Part shown: positions 19,440 to 28,562 of the stretch, in pieces
Position numbering within the stretch: the stretch's first letter is position 1
Layout: every line of letters begins with the position of its first letter
Assembly (NCBI GenBank): GCA_016281115.1
Contig: JAEEHZ010000239.1
Span: forward strand, 1 to 50,403
Source: Clostridiaceae bacterium
GTDB lineage: Bacteria; Bacillota; Clostridia; Oscillospirales; Acutalibacteraceae
Length of the DNA: 50,403 bases
Direction: 5' to 3'
Made by a program: the position numbers and the translations under genes
The notes under the pieces: generated by a model
The model's input: only the letters and a program-made list of their open reading frames with translations
What the model was told of the DNA's origin: nothing
Databases searched by the model: none

Positions 19440-20215
19440 AATATACAGTCATCGTTCAAACCGCAAAGGAATGAACACATAAAGAATTCCCTGTTTGGCG
19501 GAAATTCCTCGGCCGTCTCAATATCATTAATTAATCCTGTCGCCCATTTAATCGTATCATTGTATGTATTTTTGCAAAACGGTTCTTCAATAAATACTCC
19601 TGTTCTAAAACAATTAAAACATAATGCTTTCGGAAAAACCCCGTACTCTTGTTTGATAGCCAACGAGTAAACATATAATTGTCTCAGCATTTCATCAAGC
19701 TCGTTATCTTTTAAGGTTGGGTTTGTCTTGTTACTGCGTGGCTTTAAGTCTCTGGATTTATTATCAACTATATAAAGTTCTCCGTCTTTTTCTCCGATAT
19801 AATCTATAAATCCCACGAATTGCTTATTGTTTAAACTAAAGTGAACTTCCTTTTCCACGTCGATCATTTTGAATGGCAATGGTTTGAAAGATTGCAAGTA
19901 CTCAGTTCCGGATTTAATATATTTTGAAACTATGTCTCCCGGCGGTCTTGCGCCCTCAACCTCGTTCTGAAAATCAAAGAGAAATTTTATTTGCATTTCT
20001 TCTTTTGAAATTTTACCGCGGTAATATTGCTCTAAGAGTTTGTGCATAAACGAGCCGTATGAACTGTAAAAGTTCTGGTGTTCTTGACAACCCTTTATGT
20101 ATTTCATAAAAAACCTATACGGACACTCGTTATAACACTGAAGCCGTGAATAACTCCAAGTCATCTCGCTTATTAGCGGTTGATAAATCGCGGCTGAATT
20201 ATTTTGCCCGCCCAT
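19424..20215 (-). CDS. PD-(D/E)xK exonuclease, Cas4/RecB-like with Cys cluster
   Basis: N-terminal C...CPYRF, core GFIDYIG...LYIVDNKS, C-terminal CSFLCGLNDDC. Confidence 0.7.
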   Translation of the reverse strand: MGGQNNSAAIYQPLISEMTWSYSRLQCYNECPYRFFMKYIKGCQEHQNFYSSYGSFMHKLLEQYYRGKISKEEMQIKFLFDFQNEVEGARPPGDIVSKYIKSGTEYLQSFKPLPFKMIDVEKEVHFSLNNKQFVGFIDYIGEKDGELYIVDNKSRDLKPRSNKTNPTLKDNELDEMLRQLYVYSLAIKQEYGVFPKALCFNCFRTGVFIEEPFCKNTYNDTIKWATGLINDIETAEEFPPNREFFMCSFLCGLNDDCIFWEMR

Positions 20216-20586
20216 CAGAACGGCAGTTCATCACCAAGCTCGCCGCTGTCTATTGCTATGTTAACAGATTCTTCCGTGTCGACGGCGCTGTTGGCGTTTT
20301 GTGTTTCAAAGCTGAAAATTTTAAAATTGGTATACGTAACTTTTTTCTCTGCGTCATATTTGTTCGAGACGTCTATATCGCCGAGTTTAATTCTATCCCG
20401 CTCTTTCAGTTGGCTGGCATTTTTTGCGGCGACGGTGCCTATAAAACTTACATAACCGTTAAAATCCGTTTCGTATTCCCCGGTACTTCTATTTTTCTTA
20501 CTGATTGAAATACGTCCTTTGGTGCGAGTGTCGGAGATAGGTTCAATCTCCCATACCGTTGCGTAAGCTTCTTTGCGAAATCCCAT
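20215..20586 (-). CDS. ssb: single-stranded DNA-binding protein
   Basis: OB-fold-size protein ending in the acidic tail GELGDELPF, followed by a TGA stop. Confidence 0.8.
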   Translation of the reverse strand: MGFRKEAYATVWEIEPISDTRTKGRISISKKNRSTGEYETDFNGYVSFIGTVAAKNASQLKERDRIKLGDIDVSNKYDAEKKVTYTNFKIFSFETQNANSAVDTEESVNIAIDSGELGDELPF

Positions 20587-20591
20587 ATGTA

Positions 20592-21293
20592 TTACTCTCC
20601 TTTCGAAATAAATTTTGCATTAAAATCTTCTAATAATTTTGATGCTAACATAGGCTCCTTAATGGTAAGATAGTTTGCATTTTTTGCAAATTTGCTAATG
20701 AATTTCTTTGCCTCTTCGCTTTTATCCGGATTATCCGCAAGATATTGCTTAAGAATAGTATCGAATTTTTCGATAATACCCTCCGCAATTGCCTTATCCT
20801 CCGAGGCCTCTGCCGCCTTTTGCTTGCTGCGATACGCGTCAACGTCATATTCGAGACTTGCAATCTGAAAATAATTTGTTAAAAATTGCCTGTCCGTATA
20901 TGTTAATCCACTTCCTATCGCCTGGCTTGGATCGCTTTGAGAGCCTGCAACAAACCACGGCACCTCGATCACATCAAGCGGATCGTCTTCATTTACCCAC
21001 TTAAAAACCATATCTGCGCAGAAAAGCATCTCGGTTGTTGTTTGCTCATACATTTTACCGGTTTTATCAAATTTGGTATTAACAATTACATTTTGAGTAA
21101 TCTTTGAGGTTCCGGGTACTATAGTGGGTATAAGAGATACCCTGTATTTCTTCATACCCGCAGTAACGTTTGCAAGAATTTCACTGATATCGGTATAAGA
21201 GTAATTGTAGCCCTTTTTGCTTTTTTGCGCAACGTCGCTTATTGCTCTGATTTTAGCGAGTCTCTGAATCAAGCTTAATTTTACTTCTTCCAT
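20592..21293 (-). CDS. ERF-family single-strand annealing protein
   Basis: N-terminal ...KGYNYSYTDISEIL... is typical of ERF. Start trimmed to the ATG at 21293 (AGGAG upstream) because the longer ORF overlaps a tRNA. Confidence 0.6.
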   Translation of the reverse strand: MEEVKLSLIQRLAKIRAISDVAQKSKKGYNYSYTDISEILANVTAGMKKYRVSLIPTIVPGTSKITQNVIVNTKFDKTGKMYEQTTTEMLFCADMVFKWVNEDDPLDVIEVPWFVAGSQSDPSQAIGSGLTYTDRQFLTNYFQIASLEYDVDAYRSKQKAAEASEDKAIAEGIIEKFDTILKQYLADNPDKSEEAKKFISKFAKNANYLTIKEPMLASKLLEDFNAKFISKGE

Positions 21294-21334
21294 TTGGCTT
21301 CTCCTTTCTGAATTATTGTTTTGAGCTTTCGCTC

Positions 21335-21409
21335 TGGCAGGGATAGCTGGATTCGAACCAGCGAATGCCGGAGTCAAAGTCCGGTGCCTTACCGCTTGGC
21401 GATATCCCT
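21335..21409 (-). tRNA. tRNA-Gln (anticodon UUG)
   Basis: AGGGATATCGCCAAGCGGTAAGGCACCGGACTTTGACTCCGG...GCTGGTTCGAATCCAGCTATCCCTGCCA. All four arms pair. Confidence 0.9.
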
Positions 21410-21480
21410 ATAATTGCAGTAGTTATAATTATACTGATACTCATATGTATAAGCCTGCATATGCAGGCCTTAGTGTCTGG

Positions 21481-22437
21481 TCACACTGATAAAGTCATTT
21501 TCCATCGTCTGTAGTCATTTAAATATGCTCGAGCAACTCTGCGCACATAAGCTTGGGGTTTGTTTCTGCCCTTGGATAGTTTATACACTTTACCCTCCGT
21601 AAATTTCAATGCCGTGCTGTAAAAATCAACCGGTATTCCCGCGAGCTCTCTTTCATACATTCTATAAAACAAACCGGAAATCCAAACTCTGTAGTAGCTC
21701 ATTTTTATCGGAGTATCGTCTGTTTCTGTTCGCTTCTCATTTACACGCTGTGACAACTTGGCTCTTAAAGTGGGTATGGAGTACGAGCCAAACCCCCTGA
21801 TTAATTCATCCCCATTTACTCTGTCCTTATAGACGAACTTATCTGGATATCCAGGATGTATATATCTGAAGGAATTTAATTCTACGCAGTTTTTAAAGGC
21901 CGGAAGCGCCTCTGTGTATATCGGAAAATCTTCGCCGTCATACCTGACAACCATATTTTCAAAATCCACATCGCTCCTTTTGATTTTTAAAATATTTTCT
22001 TCTGCAACACCGCCGTATGCAAGCCAATAGAAGCACCTGAAAATATTATCTATTGTTTTTTCGCTTTCCGGTTTAAACACTGCGTTCAAACATAATTGCA
22101 AATGTAGCGGATTGCGCACAGTTTGATGCTTGAGATTTGAGTTGTTTGAAAAATTTACATGTAATATCTCATCGCACACGTTTGGAATATCATTACGCAT
22201 GCACCACCGTATATACCCGTGTAATACGGTGATTATCGGCATCTTACTTGACGCTCTGATTCCGGTTAACTTTTCCATTATCGGCATAATGTCATCAGCG
22301 CACCTGGTGCACAAATCCTCTCCCCATTCGCGCTCTTTTGCTTCAAAAGCATTAAATATTGTCTCACAAAGTTTGCGCACACTGATGCTTGTTGTGTACT
22401 CTTTTATAAACTTTGACTTAATTTCTGCATTGTACAT
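21481..22437 (-). CDS. hypothetical protein
   Basis: 318-aa ORF. No catalytic recombinase residues seen. Followed by the palindrome GCCTGCATATGCAGGC. Confidence 0.45.
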   Translation of the reverse strand: MYNAEIKSKFIKEYTTSISVRKLCETIFNAFEAKEREWGEDLCTRCADDIMPIMEKLTGIRASSKMPIITVLHGYIRWCMRNDIPNVCDEILHVNFSNNSNLKHQTVRNPLHLQLCLNAVFKPESEKTIDNIFRCFYWLAYGGVAEENILKIKRSDVDFENMVVRYDGEDFPIYTEALPAFKNCVELNSFRYIHPGYPDKFVYKDRVNGDELIRGFGSYSIPTLRAKLSQRVNEKRTETDDTPIKMSYYRVWISGLFYRMYERELAGIPVDFYSTALKFTEGKVYKLSKGRNKPQAYVRRVARAYLNDYRRWKMTLSV

Positions 22438-22458
22438 AGCCTACCTCCTTATTATGTA

Positions 22459-22911
22459 TCACGCAACCTTTTGGGTCGCGTTTAAATCTATGGCTTGACG
22501 CCACAGATCAAGGAGAACATCTGGTTCCAGATATGATATTGCGGATGAAGCGAGTAAATTTGCCGCAGCTATACGGCTCATATATTTATCGGAAACAGTC
22601 GTTATGTAATTTCCGATACGCTCCTTTGACATTCTTTCTGGATTTTCGCATAAAACCATGCTGTCTTTTCGTAATCCCGTTCCCTTTGACGGGATAACTA
22701 CATGTGTCGGCTGCGAAGACTTTTTAATGGAACTTGTTAGCGGCAATGCTATTATATTGGGGCTGAAATTATTTCCCGTATTGTTTTGAAAAACCAGTCC
22801 GGGTCTCCATCCTCCTTGCTCGCTACCGCTGCCGCCAAAATGCATTAAGTAGATGTCTCCAATTTGAGGCTGCCTGTTTACATTGCTCAAGGTGCCACAT
22901 CCTTTCAACAT
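22459..22911 (-). CDS. MazF/PemK-family toxin-like protein
   Basis: GDIYLMHFGG...GWRPGLVFQN...ALPLTS... matches the MazF/PemK N-terminal core. Confidence 0.7.
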   Translation of the reverse strand: MLKGCGTLSNVNRQPQIGDIYLMHFGGSGSEQGGWRPGLVFQNNTGNNFSPNIIALPLTSSIKKSSQPTHVVIPSKGTGLRKDSMVLCENPERMSKERIGNYITTVSDKYMSRIAAANLLASSAISYLEPDVLLDLWRQAIDLNATQKVA

Positions 22912-22930
22912 TCAATTGGTTTATGAAATA

Positions 22931-22959
22931 AGTATAGCACATCTTTTTTCATTTGTCAA
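22931..22959 (-). promoter_or_regulatory. sigma-A type promoter for the MazF-like gene
   Basis: Minus strand reads TTGACA, a 17-nt spacer, then TATACT. Confidence 0.55.
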
Positions 22960-22990
22960 GTTAATTATAAAATTTGCTTAAAAAATTTTT

Positions 22991-23311
22991 TTAATCTGCT
23001 ATAAACGTATAAAACATATCGTTATCCGAGGTTTTTTTATCACCGCAAACAACAGTTAAAACCGTTCCAATAGTGCATGTTTCGGTATCAATCAAAACAT
23101 ATTTCACACGTTCAAGACACATATATGAAAACTCGTTTCTGAAGAAAATTATATTTGGACATAGCGATGTCAATACAATTTTATATTCTGAAACTTCTTT
23201 TTTTGTATTAAAAGAATTATCAGTTCTTTGATTTTCTGTGTTATAAATATAACGCGACGGCTTGATGTTTTTGCAAAATTTGTCGAATTCCGGCACTGAT
23301 AAAATTTGCAT
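22991..23311 (-). CDS. hypothetical protein
   Basis: 106-aa ORF, first minus-strand gene of the divergent region opposite the repressor. Confidence 0.45.
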   Translation of the reverse strand: MQILSVPEFDKFCKNIKPSRYIYNTENQRTDNSFNTKKEVSEYKIVLTSLCPNIIFFRNEFSYMCLERVKYVLIDTETCTIGTVLTVVCGDKKTSDNDMFYTFIAD

Positions 23312-23328
23312 TTTTCTACACTCCTCTA

Positions 23329-23357
23329 TTGATTTTTTTCGAAGAGTGTGATATACT
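23329..23357 (+). promoter_or_regulatory. sigma-A type promoter with extended -10
   Basis: TTGATT, a 17-nt spacer, then TGaTATACT. Confidence 0.5.
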
Positions 23358-23363
23358 ACTAAT

Positions 23364-23552
23364 GAATATGGTGTTTATTCTGTTTATTCACCATATTCGG
23401 GTTGTAGAAATACAGCTCTTCACTTAGCGGCTCGTTGTATGTTTTGGTTTGTGTTTGTAGCAACGAGCTTGCTTGCTTGGCAGTTGTTTGCAATATGTCT
23501 ACAACTGCAAGCCCTTTCTTTTTGAGGTCATCTTATGGGTGGCCTCTTTTTT
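23364..23552 (+). ncRNA. candidate ~190-nt structured RNA (four hairpins, last one a terminator)
   Basis: 10-bp perfect stem GAATATGGTG/CACCATATTC, 8-bp GCTCGTTG/CAACGAGC, 8+3-bp GCAGTTGT/ACAACTGC, then GAGGTC...GGCCTC followed by T6. No ORF. Confidence 0.35.
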
Positions 23553-23574
23553 GTTAATTATTTTAACAAAACTA

Positions 23575-23603
23575 TTGACAAAAACTATTGTTTATGCTAA
23601 AAT
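23575..23603 (+). promoter_or_regulatory. consensus sigma-A promoter of the repressor gene
   Basis: TTGACA, a 17-nt spacer, then TAAAAT. Overlapped by the direct repeat AAAACTATTG x2, a possible operator. Confidence 0.6.
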
Positions 23604-23682
23604 TATTACAGAAACTTTTGTTTTTCTACATAATACCACAAAAATTTCCAGCTGTCAATAGTAAAAAGGAGATTTTAAAAAA

Positions 23683-24471
23683 ATGTTTAAAATGAAGTTT
23701 TACGACAGATTAAAAGCATTGCGCATAAGCTCGTCGATGACACAAAAAGAACTCAGCAAAAAGATAGGCGTGTCTGTTGTCACAGTGAGAAACTGGGAGT
23801 CTGGAAATAAAAGCCCCTCAATGTCAGCAATCATCTCACTTGCAAAAACTTTCCGCGTATCAACAGATTATATGCTAGGTGTCACCCCAGATATAGAAAC
23901 GGATAACGCACTGCTCAACTTAAGTGAGAAATCCCTCATATTAAATTATAGAGTATTGGATAATTATGGGAGAAAAGTTGTCGAAACTCTTTGCCGTCTT
24001 GAAAAACAAAGAGTAACAGATAATTCTATCGTCACATTATCTGAGTCTCAGAGACCCTGCAGATATATTCCGAAATATCTGATGCCGTCAGCCGCCGGCT
24101 TTTCCGCCCCATTAGACGGGGAGGAATTTGAAATGATGCTAGTAGACGGCAATGTGCCATATGACGCAGATTTTGCGGTTAGTATTCAAGGCGACAGTAT
24201 GTTTCCTTTAATTCGCAATGGCGACATCGTATACGTAAAAAAAACTTCTGAATTAAAAAACGGTGAGGTAGGAATATTCAGCGTAGATGGTGCCGCCTAC
24301 TGCAAACAATATTATATTGATAATAATGGTAATCTGACACTCGTTTCGGCTAATCCGCATTATAAAAGCACTAATGTATTTATTAGCGCAGATAGCAATT
24401 CTGAAGTTCGATGTTACGGCAAAGTATTACTTAAAACAAAAACTTCTCTCCCAAATTATTTTGTAAAATAA
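23683..24471 (+). CDS. CI/LexA-type repressor (XRE HTH + S24 peptidase)
   Basis: MTQKELSKKIGVSVVTVRNWESG HTH and C-terminal GDSMFPLI...VYVKK Ser/Lys dyad. One of very few plus-strand genes in the element. Confidence 0.85.
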   Translation: MFKMKFYDRLKALRISSSMTQKELSKKIGVSVVTVRNWESGNKSPSMSAIISLAKTFRVSTDYMLGVTPDIETDNALLNLSEKSLILNYRVLDNYGRKVVETLCRLEKQRVTDNSIVTLSESQRPCRYIPKYLMPSAAGFSAPLDGEEFEMMLVDGNVPYDADFAVSIQGDSMFPLIRNGDIVYVKKTSELKNGEVGIFSVDGAAYCKQYYIDNNGNLTLVSANPHYKSTNVFISADSNSEVRCYGKVLLKTKTSLPNYFVK

Positions 24472-24499
24472 AAGCAGGGTTTTATCCCTGCTTTTTTTT
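24472..24499 (+). terminator. rho-independent terminator
   Basis: GCAGGG-ttttat-CCCTGC followed by T8. Confidence 0.7.
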
Positions 24500-25085
24500 A
24501 ACAAATATTAGACCAGCTTTCCATGCGCGATTCAGGATAATTTGCACATACGTTCCATGCCGCGGGTTTGAATTTACACATTATTGGCCACTCAAGGTGC
24601 TGATGATGGTAAATCGGCACCATAGTTAATTGACATGGCTCGTCAACATATTCGTTGATTTTTTTAAACAGTCTACGGCTATATAGAACTTGTTCTTTAG
24701 TCAGTCCCGGAGAATAAGTTCCAAGAAAATCGTACATTTTTTTAAAATCTTTCGCTAAAATCAAGTGAAGTAGGCTGTCTTGAATACTATAATACCAATT
24801 TTTACATATTTCGGGATTATATTGGTCTTGTTCAAAATTTTCTCCATAAATATATGACAAATCGTCATGAAATTCGTCTATGAATATCGATGTTTGGTTC
24901 TGTACATATACTCTTCTAACTCTATCAATAAGACTTGACGGTGCAAGATACAAGTTTATAAGTCGCTCGCGTTCTTGCTCGCGTTCTTGTTCGATTATTT
25001 TATTGTTCGCCTTCTGTTTTTTAGCCGACAAGATCTTGTAACTCCAATATGCGCCTCCGAATAACGCAATAAAGAAGTCTAGCAT
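24498..25085 (-). CDS. hypothetical membrane-anchored protein
   Basis: 195 aa with an N-terminal hydrophobic helix. Confidence 0.45.
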   Translation of the reverse strand: MLDFFIALFGGAYWSYKILSAKKQKANNKIIEQEREQERERLINLYLAPSSLIDRVRRVYVQNQTSIFIDEFHDDLSYIYGENFEQDQYNPEICKNWYYSIQDSLLHLILAKDFKKMYDFLGTYSPGLTKEQVLYSRRLFKKINEYVDEPCQLTMVPIYHHQHLEWPIMCKFKPAAWNVCANYPESRMESWSNIC

Positions 25086-25096
25086 CTTACACCCTC

Positions 25097-25327
25097 CTAT
25101 TCTGAAGCCTCTTCAATACAGTTTTTTGCTTCATCAACATTTTCAATTGCTTCTTCAAGCTTATCAATAGCAGTTTCCATTTTTTCATATTTTTCGCTGC
25201 CTTCGAGATTTTCCGGGCAGTTATATAAACAATCTTTTTCTTCATCTAATGCTGAATTTATAAAATTTTCTGCTGTTTCGAGCGCCGACACCGCGCGTTT
25301 CAATATATCTCTGCGACGTTTATTCAT
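25097..25327 (-). CDS. hypothetical acidic coiled-coil protein
   Basis: 76-aa ORF. Confidence 0.4.
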   Translation of the reverse strand: MNKRRRDILKRAVSALETAENFINSALDEEKDCLYNCPENLEGSEKYEKMETAIDKLEEAIENVDEAKNCIEEASE

Positions 25328-25339
25328 TCGGTATCCTCC

Positions 25340-25690
25340 TCACACTTTGCTCCAAATTCCCGGGAAAACAAAGTCAAGCTGTATATTATCACTTTCTACT
25401 TGTTTAATTGCGAATCGTTTGGCATGCTGTAAAATATTATACAATCGATGTGATGGTTCGCTGATTATAATTTCGCCGCAAACCAAAGAAACTGTAATAT
25501 TCATGGTAATATCATTAACATCGACTTCAAACGATACGCCGTTAAATTCTTTTGCGAGCGCGTCTATACCTTCGCAGTTTTTCTTTAAGATTTTTTCTTT
25601 ATCTTTATCAACGCGCCACATTAAGCCGAACTGTTTACCGGCTTCTTCTGTTACCATCGAAACAACATCAAAACATTTTGCGAAACTCAT
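25340..25690 (-). CDS. hypothetical protein
   Basis: Start set at the ATG at 25690 behind GGAGGG. Confidence 0.45.
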   Translation of the reverse strand: MSFAKCFDVVSMVTEEAGKQFGLMWRVDKDKEKILKKNCEGIDALAKEFNGVSFEVDVNDITMNITVSLVCGEIIISEPSHRLYNILQHAKRFAIKQVESDNIQLDFVFPGIWSKV

Positions 25691-25705
25691 TATATATCCC
25701 TCCAT

Positions 25706-26107
25706 TTATTCAAGTGGCAGTGTTAGATCGTAAAACATTAAATTAACCTGAGTTGTACCGTCTGTTTTAGGATATATTTCAATATTTGACGCATATTCAG
25801 ATATTTTATTAAACCAGTTCGGATTAGAAAATGAGATGTTTTTACCGGAAATGCTGATATAACACGTGCTATGATATGGTTTATGCAGGTGACACGATAC
25901 TTTAGCCTTAGAGTCCCTTGTCATATAACGTAATGCGTTGTAAACGCCTTGTATTTGTTTATACTTGACAGGGTTGATAATGGAAGTTTTGTTCTCCTGC
26001 TCTTCTATGTTTTCAGCCAAGATATTTAATAAGCCGTCGAGCATTTCTTCTACTTCATCTTCTGTCATGCCGTCGGTATCTAAATCTATTTCATTCAAAG
26101 CCATCAC
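25706..26107 (-). CDS. hypothetical protein
   Basis: 133-aa ORF. Confidence 0.45.
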   Translation of the reverse strand: MMALNEIDLDTDGMTEDEVEEMLDGLLNILAENIEEQENKTSIINPVKYKQIQGVYNALRYMTRDSKAKVSCHLHKPYHSTCYISISGKNISFSNPNWFNKISEYASNIEIYPKTDGTTQVNLMFYDLTLPLE

Positions 26108-26162
26108 TCCTTTATAATTATTATATTATAACATACATTTATTTATTTTTCAAGTACTATGA

Positions 26163-26378
26163 TCAGCGTTTCATACGCTCATGAATTTGAAATTTTTCTT
26201 CAAGTTCTGTGGGAGAGCGAGCCCTACCAAGTTTATTTAATATCCCGTTGGATAACACTTCGTACAGAATAAAAAATTCTCTGTTATTTTTGCTCGTTAA
26301 TATACACACCGGATTACCATCTTTACCAATATATTTAACTTCTTTGTTTTCATTTTTCGGATATTTAATTTCCATCAT
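26163..26378 (-). CDS. hypothetical protein
   Basis: Start at the ATG at 26378 behind GAGGTG. Confidence 0.4.
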   Translation of the reverse strand: MMEIKYPKNENKEVKYIGKDGNPVCILTSKNNREFFILYEVLSNGILNKLGRARSPTELEEKFQIHERMKR

Positions 26379-27528
26379 ATAACACCTCGACGCAATCGGC
26401 AATAATCTTTGCGGCTTTTACAATCTCATCTTCGGTATTATATTTCGAAAAAGAGATGCGTATGGAATTTCGGGCAATATCCGGCGGCACACCCATAGCA
26501 ATCAGCACGTGACTTGGCTCGGACTCGTGACTCCTACAAGCAGATCCTGAAGATACGCAGACTCCTTTAACATCTAACATTAACAACAAGGTTTCGCTGT
26601 CAACACCCTTTAAACTTATATTTAATATTTTTCCGTGTTTGATTAATAAATTACCGTTGATATTAAGAATTGAGTCTAACCCCTTTGAAGCCAAAGCCGT
26701 TGCGAGCTCCTTATAAAAGACTTGTTTTAATATAGAGGTTTGAATATCGATCTCGTGAATTCGTGCTTTCATTAACTCGCAGGCTTTCCCGAATCCGACG
26801 ATTGCCGCAACGTTTTCTGTTCCGCCCCGCAGCCCGAATTCTTGAGCCACGCCTCCATATATAAGCGGTGTAAGATTTTTCGATCTTACAAATAAAGCTC
26901 CGCATCCTTTTGTGCCGTGTAGCTTATGGGATGATAACGATAAAAAATCACATCCGATTTTATTTACATCTAACTTACAACACCCCGCAGCCTGTACGCA
27001 GTCTGTGTGAAACATGATATTTTTTTCACGACATATTCTTGCTATTGACTCTATGTCGTTTTCAGAACCCGTTTCATTATTCACATACATCACAGAGACA
27101 ATTCCTGTGTTTTCAGTTATCTGTGCTTTTACTTGATTTGGCGAAACACATCCGTGTTTATCTACACCTGCGGTTGATTTATAAAATCCATGTTTTATAC
27201 ACATTGCTTGCACGGATTTAAGTACCGAGTCATGTTCAACCGCACTTGTAATAATATGATTTTTGCCTTGCGACTTTAAATAATTAGCCAATGAGAAGAA
27301 AACCATGTTATTTGACTCGGTTCCGCCCGATGTAAATATAATTTGATCAGGTTCAGCACCTATAAAATCCGCAACCTGAAATCGGGCATTTTCCACTGCT
27401 TTTTTCGCCTCTCTACCAAAAGCATATAACGCTCCGGGATTACCATACTGTTCCCGCATATATGGTATCATCGCATTCAGCACTTCGGGATCAGTTTGTG
27501 TTGTTGCGGCATTGTCAAGATAAATCAT
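26365..27528 (-). CDS. cysteine desulfurase (NifS/IscS class V aminotransferase)
   Basis: PLP lysine context SSHKLHG and catalytic Cys loop SSGSACRS. Start at the ATG at 27528 behind AAGGAG. Confidence 0.9.
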   Translation of the reverse strand: MIYLDNAATTQTDPEVLNAMIPYMREQYGNPGALYAFGREAKKAVENARFQVADFIGAEPDQIIFTSGGTESNNMVFFSLANYLKSQGKNHIITSAVEHDSVLKSVQAMCIKHGFYKSTAGVDKHGCVSPNQVKAQITENTGIVSVMYVNNETGSENDIESIARICREKNIMFHTDCVQAAGCCKLDVNKIGCDFLSLSSHKLHGTKGCGALFVRSKNLTPLIYGGVAQEFGLRGGTENVAAIVGFGKACELMKARIHEIDIQTSILKQVFYKELATALASKGLDSILNINGNLLIKHGKILNISLKGVDSETLLLMLDVKGVCVSSGSACRSHESEPSHVLIAMGVPPDIARNSIRISFSKYNTEDEIVKAAKIIADCVEVLYDGN

Positions 27529-27559
27529 AAGCACCACTCCTTTTGTACAAAATGTATTT

Positions 27560-27925
27560 TTATGTTTCCTCGACTTCAGCTCTGTTTAAATCACCGCTCC
27601 AAAATAACCAGGTTGGGTTTTCTTGCATACTAATTAAATTGTTTTGCTCGACATGTGCCGTAAAGACCACTCCCTCGCTTGATTCCACAAACTCTTTATA
27701 CTTATCTGACATTCTATTGTAGTTTTTACGAGCCTGGATTTTCGGAATATCAAGTAATATTTTATCCCCTTCATTAAAGGGCTTTGGTGGAGTAATATCT
27801 CCTACGCCACCATTAATTATAGCACTTGCATTGTTTATTAATTTTACATATTCTTTTGCGTTTTGTTCTGTAAAACCATTTCTTTTAACTTTTTGTTCCA
27901 GCGCCCTGCGTTGCTTTCTATTCAT
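27560..27925 (-). CDS. hypothetical protein
   Basis: 121-aa ORF. Confidence 0.45.
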   Translation of the reverse strand: MNRKQRRALEQKVKRNGFTEQNAKEYVKLINNASAIINGGVGDITPPKPFNEGDKILLDIPKIQARKNYNRMSDKYKEFVESSEGVVFTAHVEQNNLISMQENPTWLFWSGDLNRAEVEET

Positions 27926-27936
27926 TTAACCACCCT

Positions 27937-28560
27937 TTATCTAATAATATTAGTCCACGAAGTTACATAGCCACTATCCCAGTTTACGTTTGCGGGATTC
28001 TTGTTAAAATACGGCGTTCTTCCGAGAGAACGCGTGGGATCGCAAACAGAGATATCGCCGATATGTTGGATAGTCGCCGGCAAAGTCGTTAAAATATGAA
28101 TTCTATTTTTCTTAGCCCACATTTGTATGTTGGTGTCATCCCCTTTAGCTCCGGAAGGCCAGCTATCTATACATGGTTCAACCCATTCATTACGCATAAT
28201 TATCCCGCAACCGGATAACGTCGTGGTTAATACATATGGAGACTGTGTTGGCAGCCTGCTTTCGGGCACCGGACGAATAAATTGATATGGAAATAAAGAT
28301 ATAATGCTGTGCGGGTGTGATTTAACAATTCTTTCGCAATATGAGAGAAAATTATCACATAACTCAACATCATCTGATAGAACCATCACAAAAGGCTTGT
28401 CCGTTTTCTTTAACCATGCGCGTTTCGCCGTCGGCGCACACCCTATGTGTTCGTAATCCATAAATATATTTTCATCCGGAAGGTTTAATATGCTTTTGTT
28501 TTTATCAATCCAGTTTTGTCTTTCGGGGACGCCAAAAATTCTGATATCAATATTTCCCAT
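27937..28560 (-). CDS. hypothetical protein (possible glycosyltransferase-like)
   Basis: VMVLSDDVELCDNF resembles a DxD-containing GT-A segment. Weak. Confidence 0.35.
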   Translation of the reverse strand: MGNIDIRIFGVPERQNWIDKNKSILNLPDENIFMDYEHIGCAPTAKRAWLKKTDKPFVMVLSDDVELCDNFLSYCERIVKSHPHSIISLFPYQFIRPVPESRLPTQSPYVLTTTLSGCGIIMRNEWVEPCIDSWPSGAKGDDTNIQMWAKKNRIHILTTLPATIQHIGDISVCDPTRSLGRTPYFNKNPANVNWDSGYVTSWTNIIR

Positions 28561-28562
28561 AA

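Noticed and set aside
20592-21377. Longer ORF-track versions of ERF (to 21377) and of the 495-aa protein (41800-43350)
   Set aside because: Their N-terminal extensions run through tRNA-Gln and tRNA-Leu respectively. Internal ATGs with good RBSs lie just downstream of the tRNAs.
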